Shown here piece by piece: positions 39,739 through 53,134 of a stretch of DNA of 64,000 nucleotides. The translations under genes and the position numbers were made by a program. The stretch covers positions 736,001 through 800,000 of the forward strand of contig CBDEUS010000001.1 in NCBI GenBank assembly GCA_965243395.1. The letters are read 5' to 3'. The notes under the pieces are model-generated. The model was given only the letters and a program-made list of their open reading frames with translations. It did no database searches and had not been told where the DNA came from. Each line of letters starts with the position of its first letter. Position 1 is the stretch's first letter. This DNA comes from Gammaproteobacteria bacterium (GTDB taxonomy: Bacteria > Pseudomonadota > Gammaproteobacteria > UBA4575).

Positions 39739-41508
39739 ATGGCCGAACAAGCCACAAACCCATCCGGTTGGAAAATCTATCGTAGATTACTTAGCTACAC
39801 TTTTAGTAAATGGCAATATTTGCTATTGGGTTCATTAGCGTTGCTGGTTTTTTCTGGAATGGATGCGCTAATGGCCTATTTGCTAGGGCCATTTATTGAT
39901 AGCTCTTTTGTTGATAAAGAATTCAATGAAATTAAATGGATCCCAATCGCTTTACTGGCAATTATCGTTATACGGGGTGTGGCTAATTTTATAGGCACGT
40001 ATTTAATTGGTTATGTTGGCGCTCATGTAGTTAAAACTCTACGCAAAGATATGTTTGATCGGGTACAGTTTTTGCCGGCGAACTATTTCGACCACCAGGC
40101 AACAGGCACACTGTTATCAAAGTTTTCCTATGATGTAGAACAGGTAACGGGTGCCGCTGTAAAGGGTTTACGCAGCTTGGTAGAAGACACTTCCAAGATA
40201 ATTTTTCTTTTAGCAGTGATGTTTATCAATAATTGGAAGCTAACTTTAATATTTGTCATTGTTGTGCCATTTATTGCAGCCGTTGTCGGTTATACCAGTA
40301 AGTTATTCCGAAAATTCAGTGAGAAAATGCAAAAGTCTGTGGGCAAAATCACTCATATCGTTGAAGAAAGTATTATCGGCCATCGAATCGTTAAAATTTT
40401 TGGTGGACAACAATACGAAATTGATAAATTTGAGCATGCTAATGAGCGTTTTCGTCGCAACAATATACGCAAGATAGTTACCAAAGCTGCAAGCACTCCG
40501 GTTATTCAAATGCTCGTGGGATTTGTATTAGTGGCAGTATTGGCGATAGCCGCACAACCACAAATTGCAACTGAGGAAACAGCTGGTGGGTTTGTGAGTT
40601 TTATAGTTGCTATGGTATGGATTTTAACTCCAGCAAGAAAGCTCACTTTGCTTAATGAGATTCTACAAACTGGCATTGCTGCAGGCCAGAGCGTGTTTGC
40701 TTTAATTGATTCCGAAAAAGAAAAGGACACTGCAACAAAAAACTTGTCTACATGCAAAGGAAGAATTGAATATAAGAATGTATGTTTCAAATATGAAACA
40801 CGTGATGCTAAAGCATTGGAAAACATTAGTTTAACAGTTGAACCGGGCGAAACAGTTGCCTTTGTTGGTAAATCAGGAAGTGGTAAAACCACTATTGTAA
40901 ATATTTTGCCAAGATTTTATGAAATTGATGAGGGCACTATTACCATTGACGATATAAATATTTCAGATTTAAGTTTGACATCGTTGCGAGATCAAATAGC
41001 GATTGTGAACCAGGATGTTACGTTGTTTAACGACACCATTGCCAATAATATTGCGTATGCACAAAATTTAGATGCAAATGATAATCGCGTGTTGCAAGCA
41101 GCAAAAGCCGCACAAGTTTTAGAGTTCACGGATAAGCTTCCTGATCGATTGCATGCTTTAGTAGGCGAGAATGGAGTATTGTTGTCTGGTGGTCAACGGC
41201 AACGCATCGCCATTGCAAGAGCTCTATTAAAAGACGCGCCAATTTTAATTTTAGACGAAGCGACTTCATCATTAGATACTGAATCAGAGCAATATATTCA
41301 AAAAGCGTTAGAAGAACTGCAAAAAAATCGCACTACTTTGGTTATCGCACATAGGCTTTCAACAGTTGAGAATGCAGATCGTATAATTATGATGGACAAG
41401 GGGCAAATAGTTGAAGTTGGAAGTCACCAAGAGCTACTTGAAGTAGATGATGCCTATGCATCGTTATATAAAATGCAAGTCAGTAAACCCAGTATGGCAG
41501 AAGTTTGA
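39739..41508 (+). CDS. msbA: lipid A flippase
   Basis: ABC TM plus NBD, GENGVLLSGGQRQR; upstream of lpxK. Confidence 0.96.
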   Translation: MAEQATNPSGWKIYRRLLSYTFSKWQYLLLGSLALLVFSGMDALMAYLLGPFIDSSFVDKEFNEIKWIPIALLAIIVIRGVANFIGTYLIGYVGAHVVKTLRKDMFDRVQFLPANYFDHQATGTLLSKFSYDVEQVTGAAVKGLRSLVEDTSKIIFLLAVMFINNWKLTLIFVIVVPFIAAVVGYTSKLFRKFSEKMQKSVGKITHIVEESIIGHRIVKIFGGQQYEIDKFEHANERFRRNNIRKIVTKAASTPVIQMLVGFVLVAVLAIAAQPQIATEETAGGFVSFIVAMVWILTPARKLTLLNEILQTGIAAGQSVFALIDSEKEKDTATKNLSTCKGRIEYKNVCFKYETRDAKALENISLTVEPGETVAFVGKSGSGKTTIVNILPRFYEIDEGTITIDDINISDLSLTSLRDQIAIVNQDVTLFNDTIANNIAYAQNLDANDNRVLQAAKAAQVLEFTDKLPDRLHALVGENGVLLSGGQRQRIAIARALLKDAPILILDEATSSLDTESEQYIQKALEELQKNRTTLVIAHRLSTVENADRIIMMDKGQIVEVGSHQELLEVDDAYASLYKMQVSKPSMAEV

Positions 41509-42482
41509 AATTAGATAGCGAAAAACTCTGGTATACAAATAATATTTTATCTACTTTGTTGTTGCCTTTGTCATGGGTATTTCGGCTAGTAGCATTTATT
41601 AGGCGCATCTTTTATACAATCAGTACGTCCAACTCTGGATTAGAGGGGGTGTGTGTAATTGTTGTTGGTAATATAACGGTGGGTGGAGCTGGGAAAACGC
41701 CTTTTGTATCTTACTTGGCGAAGTACTTATTATCACATGATATTAAGGTTGGAATTATCTCTCGTGGTTATAAACGCAATGAGAATTCGCTCATAGAAGT
41801 TTTGTCTGATAGCGATGTAGAGTCTGTGGGGGATGAAGCATTAATGCTCAAACGGCAAACCACTTGCCCAGTTGCAGTGGCAGCAAGCCGGTTTGAGGCC
41901 GCCAGCTACTTAAAAGAGAAATATAAGCTTGATGTGATTATCTCCGATGATGGCTTGCAGCATTATCAACTGCCAAGAAATATTGAAATTGTCATTGTTG
42001 ATGGTGAAAGAGAGTTTGGTAATGGTAGATGTTTACCGGCAGGACCCTTGAGAGAGCCGGTATCTAGGCTACAGGCCTCAGATATCGTAATCTGTAATGG
42101 TGAGAATCAAGCTTATGAATATCAATATCATAGGGTTAGTAATGATGTAATTTCGCTAAAGAAGGGTATTTCTGCAAAGCCGTTGGAGTATTTTCTTGGT
42201 TCAAAAGTACATGCTGTTGCGGGAATAGCTCACCCAAAACGCTTTTTTACTATGCTGGAGAATGCAGGTATCGAAATTATCCCACATCCTTTTGATGATC
42301 ATCATTACTTTAGTCGTTCTGATATTGAATTTAATGATGATTTACCCATTCTCATGACCGAGAAAGATGCCGTAAAATGTATGCAGATCGCTAGGGATAA
42401 TACCTGGTATGTTCCTATTTCAATTGTACCCAATGAAAAATTGAATGGACGACTTACTAAATTATTCGAGGACATTCGCTAA
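41505..42482 (+). CDS. lpxK: tetraacyldisaccharide 4'-kinase
   Basis: [35 protein letters not shown]. Confidence 0.97.
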   Translation: MKLDSEKLWYTNNILSTLLLPLSWVFRLVAFIRRIFYTISTSNSGLEGVCVIVVGNITVGGAGKTPFVSYLAKYLLSHDIKVGIISRGYKRNENSLIEVLSDSDVESVGDEALMLKRQTTCPVAVAASRFEAASYLKEKYKLDVIISDDGLQHYQLPRNIEIVIVDGEREFGNGRCLPAGPLREPVSRLQASDIVICNGENQAYEYQYHRVSNDVISLKKGISAKPLEYFLGSKVHAVAGIAHPKRFFTMLENAGIEIIPHPFDDHHYFSRSDIEFNDDLPILMTEKDAVKCMQIARDNTWYVPISIVPNEKLNGRLTKLFEDIR

Positions 42483-42676
42483 TGGATATGCAATTGCTTG
42501 ATATATTAGTCTGCCCGGTTACAAAAGGGCCGCTTAAATATGATAAGGATCAACAAGAATTAATTTCTACATCAGCACGTCTCGCGTATCCGGTTCGTGA
42601 CGGTATTCCTGTTATGCTGGAAGATGAAGCACGTTCGATTACTGATGATGAGTATGAAAAATATAAGGCTATGTAG
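42482..42676 (+). CDS. ycaR: Trm112-family protein YcaR
   Basis: [26 protein letters not shown]. Confidence 0.93.
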   Translation: MDMQLLDILVCPVTKGPLKYDKDQQELISTSARLAYPVRDGIPVMLEDEARSITDDEYEKYKAM

Positions 42677-42717
42677 TCTTACTTAAATCAAAAACAAAAT
42701 TCTTCAAGGTAAAATTT

Positions 42718-43452
42718 ATGTCGTTCAAGGTGGTGATCCCTGCACGCTATGCTTCAACGCGACTTCCAGGTAAATCTCTATTAAAAATAAAAAATAAACC
42801 TATTATTCAATATGTGTATGAAAATGCATGCCAAAGCGGCGCTGATGAAATTATTATTGCCACGGACGATGAACGTATCGCAGACGTAGCAGATGCATTT
42901 GGCGCCAATGTTTGTTTGACATCCACTCAGCATCAATCGGGTACGGATCGAATTGCTGAAGTCGCAAACAAAATAGCCTGGGATGATGATACTGCAATTG
43001 TTAATGTGCAAGGCGATGAACCGCAAATGCCTTCACAAAATATTAAGCAAGTTGCAGAGAATTTAATGCAAAACAAAAATATTAGTATATCGACCTTGTG
43101 TACAGCTATTACTAACCATAAAGATTATGAAAATCCTAATATAGTGAAAGTGATTTTTGATTTAAATAACCATGCATTAAATTTCAGTCGTAAGGTTGAA
43201 AAACTAAATTGTAAAAACCCTGTCACTGATCTTGAAAGCGTATATAGACATTTAGGAATTTATGCTTATCGTGTTGGTTTTTTAAACACCTTCACTAACC
43301 TTGCCCCGTCGTCACATGAAAAGAAAGAATCATTAGAACAATTAAGAGCATTGCAAAATGGCTATGTGATTTATGTAGAAGAATGTCTTAGTCCAACGGG
43401 AATTGGTGTTGATACACAGGAAGATTATGAATCTTTACAAAAGTTAATGTAA
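42718..43452 (+). CDS. kdsB: CMP-KDO synthetase
   Basis: IPARYASTRLPGK, SGTDRIAE, NVQGDEP, RHLGIYAY, ESLEQLRAL. Confidence 0.97.
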   Translation: MSFKVVIPARYASTRLPGKSLLKIKNKPIIQYVYENACQSGADEIIIATDDERIADVADAFGANVCLTSTQHQSGTDRIAEVANKIAWDDDTAIVNVQGDEPQMPSQNIKQVAENLMQNKNISISTLCTAITNHKDYENPNIVKVIFDLNNHALNFSRKVEKLNCKNPVTDLESVYRHLGIYAYRVGFLNTFTNLAPSSHEKKESLEQLRALQNGYVIYVEECLSPTGIGVDTQEDYESLQKLM

Positions 43453-43459
43453 TTCAGCT

Positions 43460-44056
43460 ATGAAATGGAAAATTAATAACAAAGTGCGAAACTACGATGG
43501 GCACTTTAAAGTTGATCAATTCGTTCTCCAACATGAGCTGTTTGCGGGAGGTATGAGTAAAGACATAGTTCGCGAGAGAGTTACAAGAAAAAATGCTGTA
43601 GCCGTGCTTCCTTATGATCCTGAACGTGATGAGGTTGTACTAGTGGAGCAATTTAGAGTCGGTGCGATTGATAATAAAGAGTACCCTTGGTTAATAGAGA
43701 TAATCGCTGGGTTAGTAGAAGAAGGCGAAGAATATGAGGAAGTTGCGATTCGCGAAGCTATTGAGGAAGCTAATTGTAAAGTAAGTAATCTTCGTCATGT
43801 TAGTTCTTTTTTTCCAACCCCTGGTGGATTTGGAGAGGTATCACATGTCTATATTGGTAAAACGGATACCACGAACTTAGGAGGAATATGTGGTTTAGCA
43901 GAAGAAGGTGAAGATATACGTGTTCATGTCGTTTCATCTTCCAATGCAATAGATATGCTTCTAAGCGGTAAAATCTGCTCAGCTATTTCAATGATTGCAC
44001 TTTATAATTTTATGCAGATACGCGAAACGCTTAGAAAAGATTGGAAGATAGGTTAG
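43460..44056 (+). CDS. nudF: ADP-ribose diphosphatase (Nudix)
   Basis: VLPYDP.RDEVVLVEQFR, Nudix box, EEGEDIRVHV. Confidence 0.9.
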   Translation: MKWKINNKVRNYDGHFKVDQFVLQHELFAGGMSKDIVRERVTRKNAVAVLPYDPERDEVVLVEQFRVGAIDNKEYPWLIEIIAGLVEEGEEYEEVAIREAIEEANCKVSNLRHVSSFFPTPGGFGEVSHVYIGKTDTTNLGGICGLAEEGEDIRVHVVSSSNAIDMLLSGKICSAISMIALYNFMQIRETLRKDWKIG

Positions 44057-44058
44057 GT

Positions 44059-44940
44059 TTACTCTAATTCAACCCTTAAATAAATTGTACATTGCAAATC
44101 TTTTGAGTCACGAGAGGTACTGAGGATGCCACTATCCTTAGATTTTGCATTTGTATCAATTCCACCTATTTGTATCCACTCGCCAAGTTTTGCTTCTACA
44201 ACCGTAGACGCTTCTTGAACATCAACTGTGCCTCTATAGCCATCACTGGTGTAGCTATAATCATCGCTAGTAGTTCGATAATGAGGTTGTATTTGTAAAG
44301 AAACGTTCCCGCTGCCTGTAAGTCTAGGAGTAACATAAAAGCCACTGGTGATATCTTGATAATCTACACTGTCATAAACCGATACACCGTAGCGATGGCG
44401 AATTATCGTGCGATGCTCGTATGGTCGAATTTGACCTGCAGTGATAAATGCTTGCCCGCCTTCAATGACACGAATCATGTGCTCGCTGTTGTTTCTAGAA
44501 CGGTTCTTTGTACTGTTAATACGTACTTTGGTTCCTTCTTCACGTGGAGGACGATCACCGACTACGACATTGACGTCATCATCAATTTCATAATTACCTG
44601 AAGCATTAAGATCGGTAGAGCGAGATTCAGCATCAATATTATTTCTGACTTTGATAATTAAATTACGAGGTGCTTTGTCCATGACATTAAGCAAACGTGT
44701 TACCTGTTCCAATGTATTTGCATCAGTGCGTATGAATAATTGAAAACCTGTGCCTGTAATTGCATCGTTTGGTTTTAACATGGGTTTGATTACAGGGATG
44801 ACTTCTTCAGCAGGACGATTTTTCAAATCAATTATTTGTAGAGGATCATTCTGGTCTGCAATCGAAGTTCCAATAACTAACAAACAAAATGAAATGAGTA
44901 TAATCTGAGTGGAAATGAGTGTGGTTTTAGTTAAATACAC
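44059..44940 (-). CDS. short secretin-like protein (secretin N-domain plus partial beta region)
   Basis: Signal peptide, IIDLKNRPAEEVIP..KPML, GFYVTPRL, LGEWIQIGG; probable GTG start at 44940 overlapping the upstream stop. Confidence 0.7.
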   Translation of the reverse strand: MYLTKTTLISTQIILISFCLLVIGTSIADQNDPLQIIDLKNRPAEEVIPVIKPMLKPNDAITGTGFQLFIRTDANTLEQVTRLLNVMDKAPRNLIIKVRNNIDAESRSTDLNASGNYEIDDDVNVVVGDRPPREEGTKVRINSTKNRSRNNSEHMIRVIEGGQAFITAGQIRPYEHRTIIRHRYGVSVYDSVDYQDITSGFYVTPRLTGSGNVSLQIQPHYRTTSDDYSYTSDGYRGTVDVQEASTVVEAKLGEWIQIGGIDTNAKSKDSGILSTSRDSKDLQCTIYLRVELE

Positions 44941-45458
44941 AATCTTCTGATCTCCGAGTCTTGTTGACTTAGCTCCCAAATAGACTTAAATGTTTCCACA
45001 AGTTCTTTAGATCTCTCATAGTCACAAAAGTTTACTTCTGCTTCATACAAATCAGCCTTTTGATTTAGTATATAGCCCATAGAATCAACCACAACGAATG
45101 CCTGATTAAATTGTGCATAGTCGTTACAAATGGTACGTATTTCAATTTTAGATGATACACGCTGGCTTAAATTTAATACCCGATGATTATTTTTGACAAC
45201 AGCTTGCGTGTCGTGAATGAGCACTCTGATTTTTGCGGTTTTATTACGGCGTATAAATTCGGAAGCATTCTCTATAAAATCTTCTTTGCTGTAAATTAAC
45301 GGGTCAAGTTGACGGCTCAGAATAACAACATCCTTTTGAGCGGAGGAGAGTAGTTTTAAAATAGCATCGTGGTTCAATTGACGTGTATCGACAGTGAGGC
45401 ATTCGCTCGTGACCCCGATAATGAAATTTCTGAAATAGTTATCCTTAGAAACTCCCAT
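44931..45458 (-). CDS. conserved hypothetical protein (possibly DUF7931-like)
   Basis: LSRQLDPLIYS, IRVLIHD...VV...HR...LSQR.SSKIEIR, F..IWE pattern. Confidence 0.65.
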   Translation of the reverse strand: MGVSKDNYFRNFIIGVTSECLTVDTRQLNHDAILKLLSSAQKDVVILSRQLDPLIYSKEDFIENASEFIRRNKTAKIRVLIHDTQAVVKNNHRVLNLSQRVSSKIEIRTICNDYAQFNQAFVVVDSMGYILNQKADLYEAEVNFCDYERSKELVETFKSIWELSQQDSEIRRLCI

Positions 45459-45767
45459 TTATATTAACCTTTTAATAGTCCTTGATTTAAAGTATTTAGG
45501 TCGCTCTGTATATAAAGTATAAACCAGTAGTTAAGGAATCGCAGAGTGAATAAATTTCAGTCTAAATTTACACGTTGGGAACTATGCTTTCCTTAAATAA
45601 TCCAATGAGTTCGATAGGTGAGGAGAGATTATGTTAATGGAATTTGTGGTCATATCGCGTATAGTGATTCAATAAATCACGCTTGAAATATAAAAATTCC
45701 TCAGTAAAATTTTCCCGCCAAGTTTGTATGGGAAAGGGTTTTCCCTATATTTAGCATTAACCTAACC

Positions 45768-46490
45768 ATGATAAAGATAAATAATCTAAGTAAAAAATTT
45801 GGTCATTTAACTGCTGTTGAAAATATATCTTTTCAGGTAAAGCCTGGAGAAGTGTTGGGCTTTTTAGGGCCTAATGGTGCAGGTAAATCCACCACAATGA
45901 AAATGATTACAGGTTTTCTGGCTCCTACAGCGGGTGAGATCGAAGTATGTGGCTTTAATGTAAACGATAAACCTATTGAGGCTAAAAAACGCATTGGTTA
46001 TTTGCCTGAAGGTGCACCCAGCTATGGTGAGATGACGCCACTACAATATTTAGAATTTATTGCGCAAGTAAGGCAACTTAGCGGGCAGAAGAAAATAGAT
46101 CGTAATAAAGAAGTTATTGAGCGGTTACACTTAGATAAAGTGCTCAACCAATCTATTGATACATTATCAAAAGGTTTCAAAAGAAGAGTGGGTCTGGCCC
46201 AGGCAATTTTACATGATCCAGAAGTATTAATTCTTGACGAACCTACGGATGGTTTGGATCCTAATCAAAAATTTGAAGTACGAGAGTTAATCAAAAGTAT
46301 TTCACCGGAAAAAGTAATTGTAATCTCAACACATATTCTTGGCGAAGTGGATGCAATTTGTTCACGTGCAATTATCATTGCAGATGGAAAGATTTTAGCA
46401 GATGACACTCCTGAGGGTTTAAGAAGTAAATCTTCAAGTGACAAGATGGATGATATCTTTCGTGAAATAACCAGTGGAAAAATTTCTTAG
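45768..46490 (+). CDS. ABC transporter ATPase (GldA-like)
   Basis: GPNGAGKSTTMKMITG, LSKGFKRRVGLAQA, DEPTDGLDPNQ. Confidence 0.92.
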   Translation: MIKINNLSKKFGHLTAVENISFQVKPGEVLGFLGPNGAGKSTTMKMITGFLAPTAGEIEVCGFNVNDKPIEAKKRIGYLPEGAPSYGEMTPLQYLEFIAQVRQLSGQKKIDRNKEVIERLHLDKVLNQSIDTLSKGFKRRVGLAQAILHDPEVLILDEPTDGLDPNQKFEVRELIKSISPEKVIVISTHILGEVDAICSRAIIIADGKILADDTPEGLRSKSSSDKMDDIFREITSGKIS

Positions 46491-46499
46491 CAACTAATC

Positions 46500-47234
46500 A
46501 TGCAAAATATCATTACTATTTTTAAACGAGAGCTTAGTAGTTACTTCGCAACACCTGTAGCTTATGTATTTATCGTTATCTTTTTAATCATGAGTGGCGC
46601 ACTTACATTTTATCTGGGTAACTATTTTGAACGTGGTCAAGCAGACTTAAACCCATTTTTTCAATTTCATCCCTGGCTGTATTTATTTTTAGTGCCTGCA
46701 ATTGCCATGCGTTTATGGGCTGAAGAGCGCAAGACAGGAAGCATTGAATTATTAATGACACTGCCCATATCGATTGGGCAATCTGTTGTAGGTAAATTTT
46801 TAGCGGCTTGGGTGTTTATCGGTATTGCATTAGTTCTAACTTTTCCAATATGGATTACAGTTAACTATTTAGGCAGCCCTGATAATGGTGTGATACTGGC
46901 CGCTTATATAGGTAGTTTCTTAATGGCTGGCGGATTTCTTGCAATCGGTTCGTGTATTTCGGCAATGACCAAAAACCAAGTTATTGCATTTATTATTACA
47001 GTGGTAATTTGTTTCTTGTTTTTATTAGCTGGATCACCACTTGTATTGAATTTCTTTAAAGCCTGGATACCACAAAATATTGTTGATGCAATTTCGTCTT
47101 TAAGCTTCTTAACGCACTTTATCTCAATTGCTAAAGGCGTTATCGATATACGCGATATTATTTACTTTTTATCTTTAATAGGATTTTGGTTGTACGCCAA
47201 TACTATTATTGTTGAGCTAAAAAAAGCAGATTAA
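46500..47234 (+). CDS. ABC permease (GldF-like)
   Basis: RELSSYFATPVAYVF, MRLWAEERKTGSIELL. Confidence 0.9.
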   Translation: MQNIITIFKRELSSYFATPVAYVFIVIFLIMSGALTFYLGNYFERGQADLNPFFQFHPWLYLFLVPAIAMRLWAEERKTGSIELLMTLPISIGQSVVGKFLAAWVFIGIALVLTFPIWITVNYLGSPDNGVILAAYIGSFLMAGGFLAIGSCISAMTKNQVIAFIITVVICFLFLLAGSPLVLNFFKAWIPQNIVDAISSLSFLTHFISIAKGVIDIRDIIYFLSLIGFWLYANTIIVELKKAD

Positions 47235-47237
47235 GTT

Positions 47238-49133
47238 ATGGCAATGCAGAAAACTAAATCAGTCACCATAGTTGGTTTAATTGTATTAGCCATATTATTT
47301 TTAGTAATCAATATGGTGAGCAATAATTTATTCACCAGTTCTCGTATTGATCTCACAGAGAATGAACTTTACACCTTGACAGATGGCACGCGTAATATAG
47401 TCAATGATATTGACGAGCCCGTCACCGTATATTTATTTTATTCAGATAAAGCCAGTGAAGGCGTACCCCAATTACGTATCTATGCAACACGTGTAAAAGA
47501 ATTACTAAAAGAATATGAGCAGTTGTCCAATGGCAATGTAGCGCTCAATATTGTCGACCCGGTACCGTTTTCTGAAGAAGAAGACCAGGCGGCGTCATTT
47601 GGATTGCAAGCGATTCCCGTTGGTACTGGAGATAATATTTACTTTGGTTTGGCAGCAAGTAATGCGGTTGGAGATATAGAAGTAATTCCTTTCTTCCAGC
47701 CTCAGCGTGAACAATTCTTAGAATATGATGTAAGCAAATTACTTTACAACTTAACCCATCCTAAGAAAACCGTAGTAGGGCTTATCACACAATTACCTAT
47801 GTTTGGTGGTTTTGATATAGAAACTACTCAAATGACTAAAGAGTGGGCCATCATCGCTCAAATGCGCCAGCTTTTTGAGTTGAAGCAACTTGATATTACA
47901 ACTGATGTGATTGATGAAGATGTAGACCTTCTAATGGTTGTACACCCAAAGAATTTATCTGAACCCACTCAGTATGCGATTGATCAGTTTGTAATGCGTG
48001 GGGGCAAAGCTATGTTTTTTGTTGATCCACATTCTGAAATTGATACTCCTGTACGCCAACAAAACTCGCCATTAGAAGTTGAGGGCGGGCGTACTTCGAG
48101 CCTAAAAAGATTATTTGATGCCTGGGGAATTGAATTTGACACAACTAAAGTAGTGCTTGATCGTAAGTATGCATTAACTGTAGGTGGAGGCCAACAAGAG
48201 GCAAGACATTACGGCTTACTTGCTATCACAAATGAAAATATTGATTCTGAAGATGTTACCACCTCAGAACTTGAAGTGATCAGTATGGGGGTTGCGGGTG
48301 CTATCAGTGCAAAAGAAAGTTCCTCCATTCAATTTACACCAATCGTAACCTCTAGCGATGACGTGGCATTAATTGATGCATCACGTTTTCGTTTTCTACC
48401 TGACTTAAGCCAGCTAAGTGAAGGTTTTGAGCCAACAGGAGAGCCATTTACATTTATTGCACGTGTGCAAGGCAAACTTCAGAGTGCATTTAAACAAGGT
48501 AGACCGATGATGTCTGACGCTCAGGATGTAGATGAATCTAAATATGGAGAACATCTAGAAGATACTAAAGAAGATGCAAATTTATTTATAGTAGCCGATA
48601 CCGATATGTTAAGTGATCGCATGTGGGTGCAAGTACAAGAATTTTTTGGGCAACAAATTTTTAATGCATGGGCCAATAATGGTGATCTTGTTATTAATAC
48701 TGTTGATAATTACGCAGGTAGCAGTGACCTAATTGGAATTCGTGGAAGGGAAACCTCAACACGCCCGTTTGAATTAGTAAATGATCTTCGTTTAGCAGCA
48801 GATCAAAAGTTCCGGTCTAAAGAACAAAGATTACAATCAGAATTAGCTGAAACTGAACAAAAGCTTGTTGAGTTACAAAAAGCGCGTGATGATAGTGATG
48901 AACTTGTGCTCTCGCCAGAACAGGAAGCGGAAATTAAAAGATTCCAACAAGAGAAATTCAAAGTTCGCAAAGAATTGCGTCAAGTTAGACATAGCTTAAA
49001 TCAGGATATTGAAAATTTAGGAACTAAATTAAAATTTATCAATATTGGTTTAGTACCGATTATTATTTCTATTTTCGCACTAATTTTATTAGTTATTCGT
49101 TCAAGAAAAAGAAAACGTGCTCTTGGAGTATAG
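47238..49133 (+). CDS. GldG-family ABC auxiliary component
   Basis: RIDLTENELYTLT, FLEYD, IDQFVMRGG...FVDP, C-terminal coiled coil plus TM. Confidence 0.9.
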   Translation: MAMQKTKSVTIVGLIVLAILFLVINMVSNNLFTSSRIDLTENELYTLTDGTRNIVNDIDEPVTVYLFYSDKASEGVPQLRIYATRVKELLKEYEQLSNGNVALNIVDPVPFSEEEDQAASFGLQAIPVGTGDNIYFGLAASNAVGDIEVIPFFQPQREQFLEYDVSKLLYNLTHPKKTVVGLITQLPMFGGFDIETTQMTKEWAIIAQMRQLFELKQLDITTDVIDEDVDLLMVVHPKNLSEPTQYAIDQFVMRGGKAMFFVDPHSEIDTPVRQQNSPLEVEGGRTSSLKRLFDAWGIEFDTTKVVLDRKYALTVGGGQQEARHYGLLAITNENIDSEDVTTSELEVISMGVAGAISAKESSSIQFTPIVTSSDDVALIDASRFRFLPDLSQLSEGFEPTGEPFTFIARVQGKLQSAFKQGRPMMSDAQDVDESKYGEHLEDTKEDANLFIVADTDMLSDRMWVQVQEFFGQQIFNAWANNGDLVINTVDNYAGSSDLIGIRGRETSTRPFELVNDLRLAADQKFRSKEQRLQSELAETEQKLVELQKARDDSDELVLSPEQEAEIKRFQQEKFKVRKELRQVRHSLNQDIENLGTKLKFINIGLVPIIISIFALILLVIRSRKRKRALGV

Positions 49134-49157
49134 ATAAAAACGTTCCGCAATTCGGAT

Positions 49158-51682
<2,525 letters not shown>

Positions 51683-51719
51683 TCATAAGAGGTGTATCAA
51701 AACAATAAGAGACTGAGAA

Positions 51720-53108
51720 ATGAGTGAGAATTTCAGAACAGAAAAGGACAGCATGGGTGAACTCAAAGTGCCTGCAGATGCACTATATGGAGCACAAACT
51801 CAAAGAGCTGTAGAAAACTTTCCAATTAGTGGCTTGGTTATGCCAAGACAATTTATACGTGCATTAGGATTAATTAAGACCGCATGTGCTGGGGCAAATA
51901 CCGAATTAGGATTGATGAGCAATGAAGTTGAGTCGGTCGTAAAGCAAGCCGCGATGACCGTAGCAGCAGGTGATTATGACGATCATTTTCCCATTGACGT
52001 TTTTCAAACCGGTTCTGGTACTAGCACCAATATGAATGCTAATGAGGTGATTGCCCACTTAGCCAACAATTTAAGTGATACTGAAGTACATCCTAACGAT
52101 CATGTGAATATGAGCCAAAGCTCAAATGATGTTATTCCAACTGCGATTCACGTGAGTGCTTGCTTGCAAATTGAAGAAGAACTTAAACCCGCACTGGCAC
52201 ATTTATTTAGCACTCTAAAAAATAAATCCGCAGAATGCGAAAAGTATGTAAAAACAGGCCGCACACATTTGATGGATGCAATGCCCGTTACTATGGGGCA
52301 AGAAATAGATGCTTGGGCACAACAAATAGAGTATGGAATTCAGCGTATTGATGATTCACTAAAACGCTTACGCCAACTTGCGCAAGGGGGTACTGCGGTA
52401 GGCAGTGGAATTAATGCAGATGAAAAATTTGGCGACTTGGTTGCAAAAGAACTTACAGTTTTAACCAATGTTAAATTTGAATCCAAACCTAATAAATTTG
52501 AAGGTTTAGCCAGTCAAGATTCAGCAGTTGAAATGAGCGGCCAGCTCAAAGCACTTGCTGTGAGTTTAATGAAAATTTCAAATGACTTACGTTGGATGAA
52601 CTCTGGCCCTTTAGCAGGTTTGGGCGAAATAGCATTACCGGCGTTGCAACCTGGCAGCAGCATCATGCCAGGGAAAGTTAATCCCGTAATACCTGAAGCC
52701 GTTGCAATGGTAAGCACACAAGTTGTTGGTAATGACACAACTATAACCATGGCTGGTCAATCTGGTTTGTTTCAATTAAATGTGATGTTGCCTGTTATTG
52801 CATTTAATTTGCTACAAAGTATTCAGCTTATAACCAACTCATGTAAAGTCTTAGCAGACAAGGCCATTAAAGGTTTCACAGTGAATGAAGAAAACCTTCA
52901 AGCCGCTTTAGCAAAGAATCCTATTTTGGTAACTGCCATGAATAGAGTGATCGGCTATGAAAAAGGTGCAGCCATCGCTAAAGAGGCCTATGCTTCAGGC
53001 CGTCCCATTTTTGATGTGGCAAAAGAAATGACAGATTTAAGTGATGAGCAAATTAAAAAACTCTTAGATCCGGCTGCATTAACAAAAGGTGGAATACAGG
53101 AGGCATAA
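51720..53108 (+). CDS. fumC: class II fumarate hydratase
   Basis: QTGSGTSTNMNANEVIA, GRTHLMDA, GSSIMPGKVNP. Confidence 0.95.
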   Translation: MSENFRTEKDSMGELKVPADALYGAQTQRAVENFPISGLVMPRQFIRALGLIKTACAGANTELGLMSNEVESVVKQAAMTVAAGDYDDHFPIDVFQTGSGTSTNMNANEVIAHLANNLSDTEVHPNDHVNMSQSSNDVIPTAIHVSACLQIEEELKPALAHLFSTLKNKSAECEKYVKTGRTHLMDAMPVTMGQEIDAWAQQIEYGIQRIDDSLKRLRQLAQGGTAVGSGINADEKFGDLVAKELTVLTNVKFESKPNKFEGLASQDSAVEMSGQLKALAVSLMKISNDLRWMNSGPLAGLGEIALPALQPGSSIMPGKVNPVIPEAVAMVSTQVVGNDTTITMAGQSGLFQLNVMLPVIAFNLLQSIQLITNSCKVLADKAIKGFTVNEENLQAALAKNPILVTAMNRVIGYEKGAAIAKEAYASGRPIFDVAKEMTDLSDEQIKKLLDPAALTKGGIQEA

Positions 53109-53134
53109 GCTTTCTGTAATTCGCACATTGGTGC

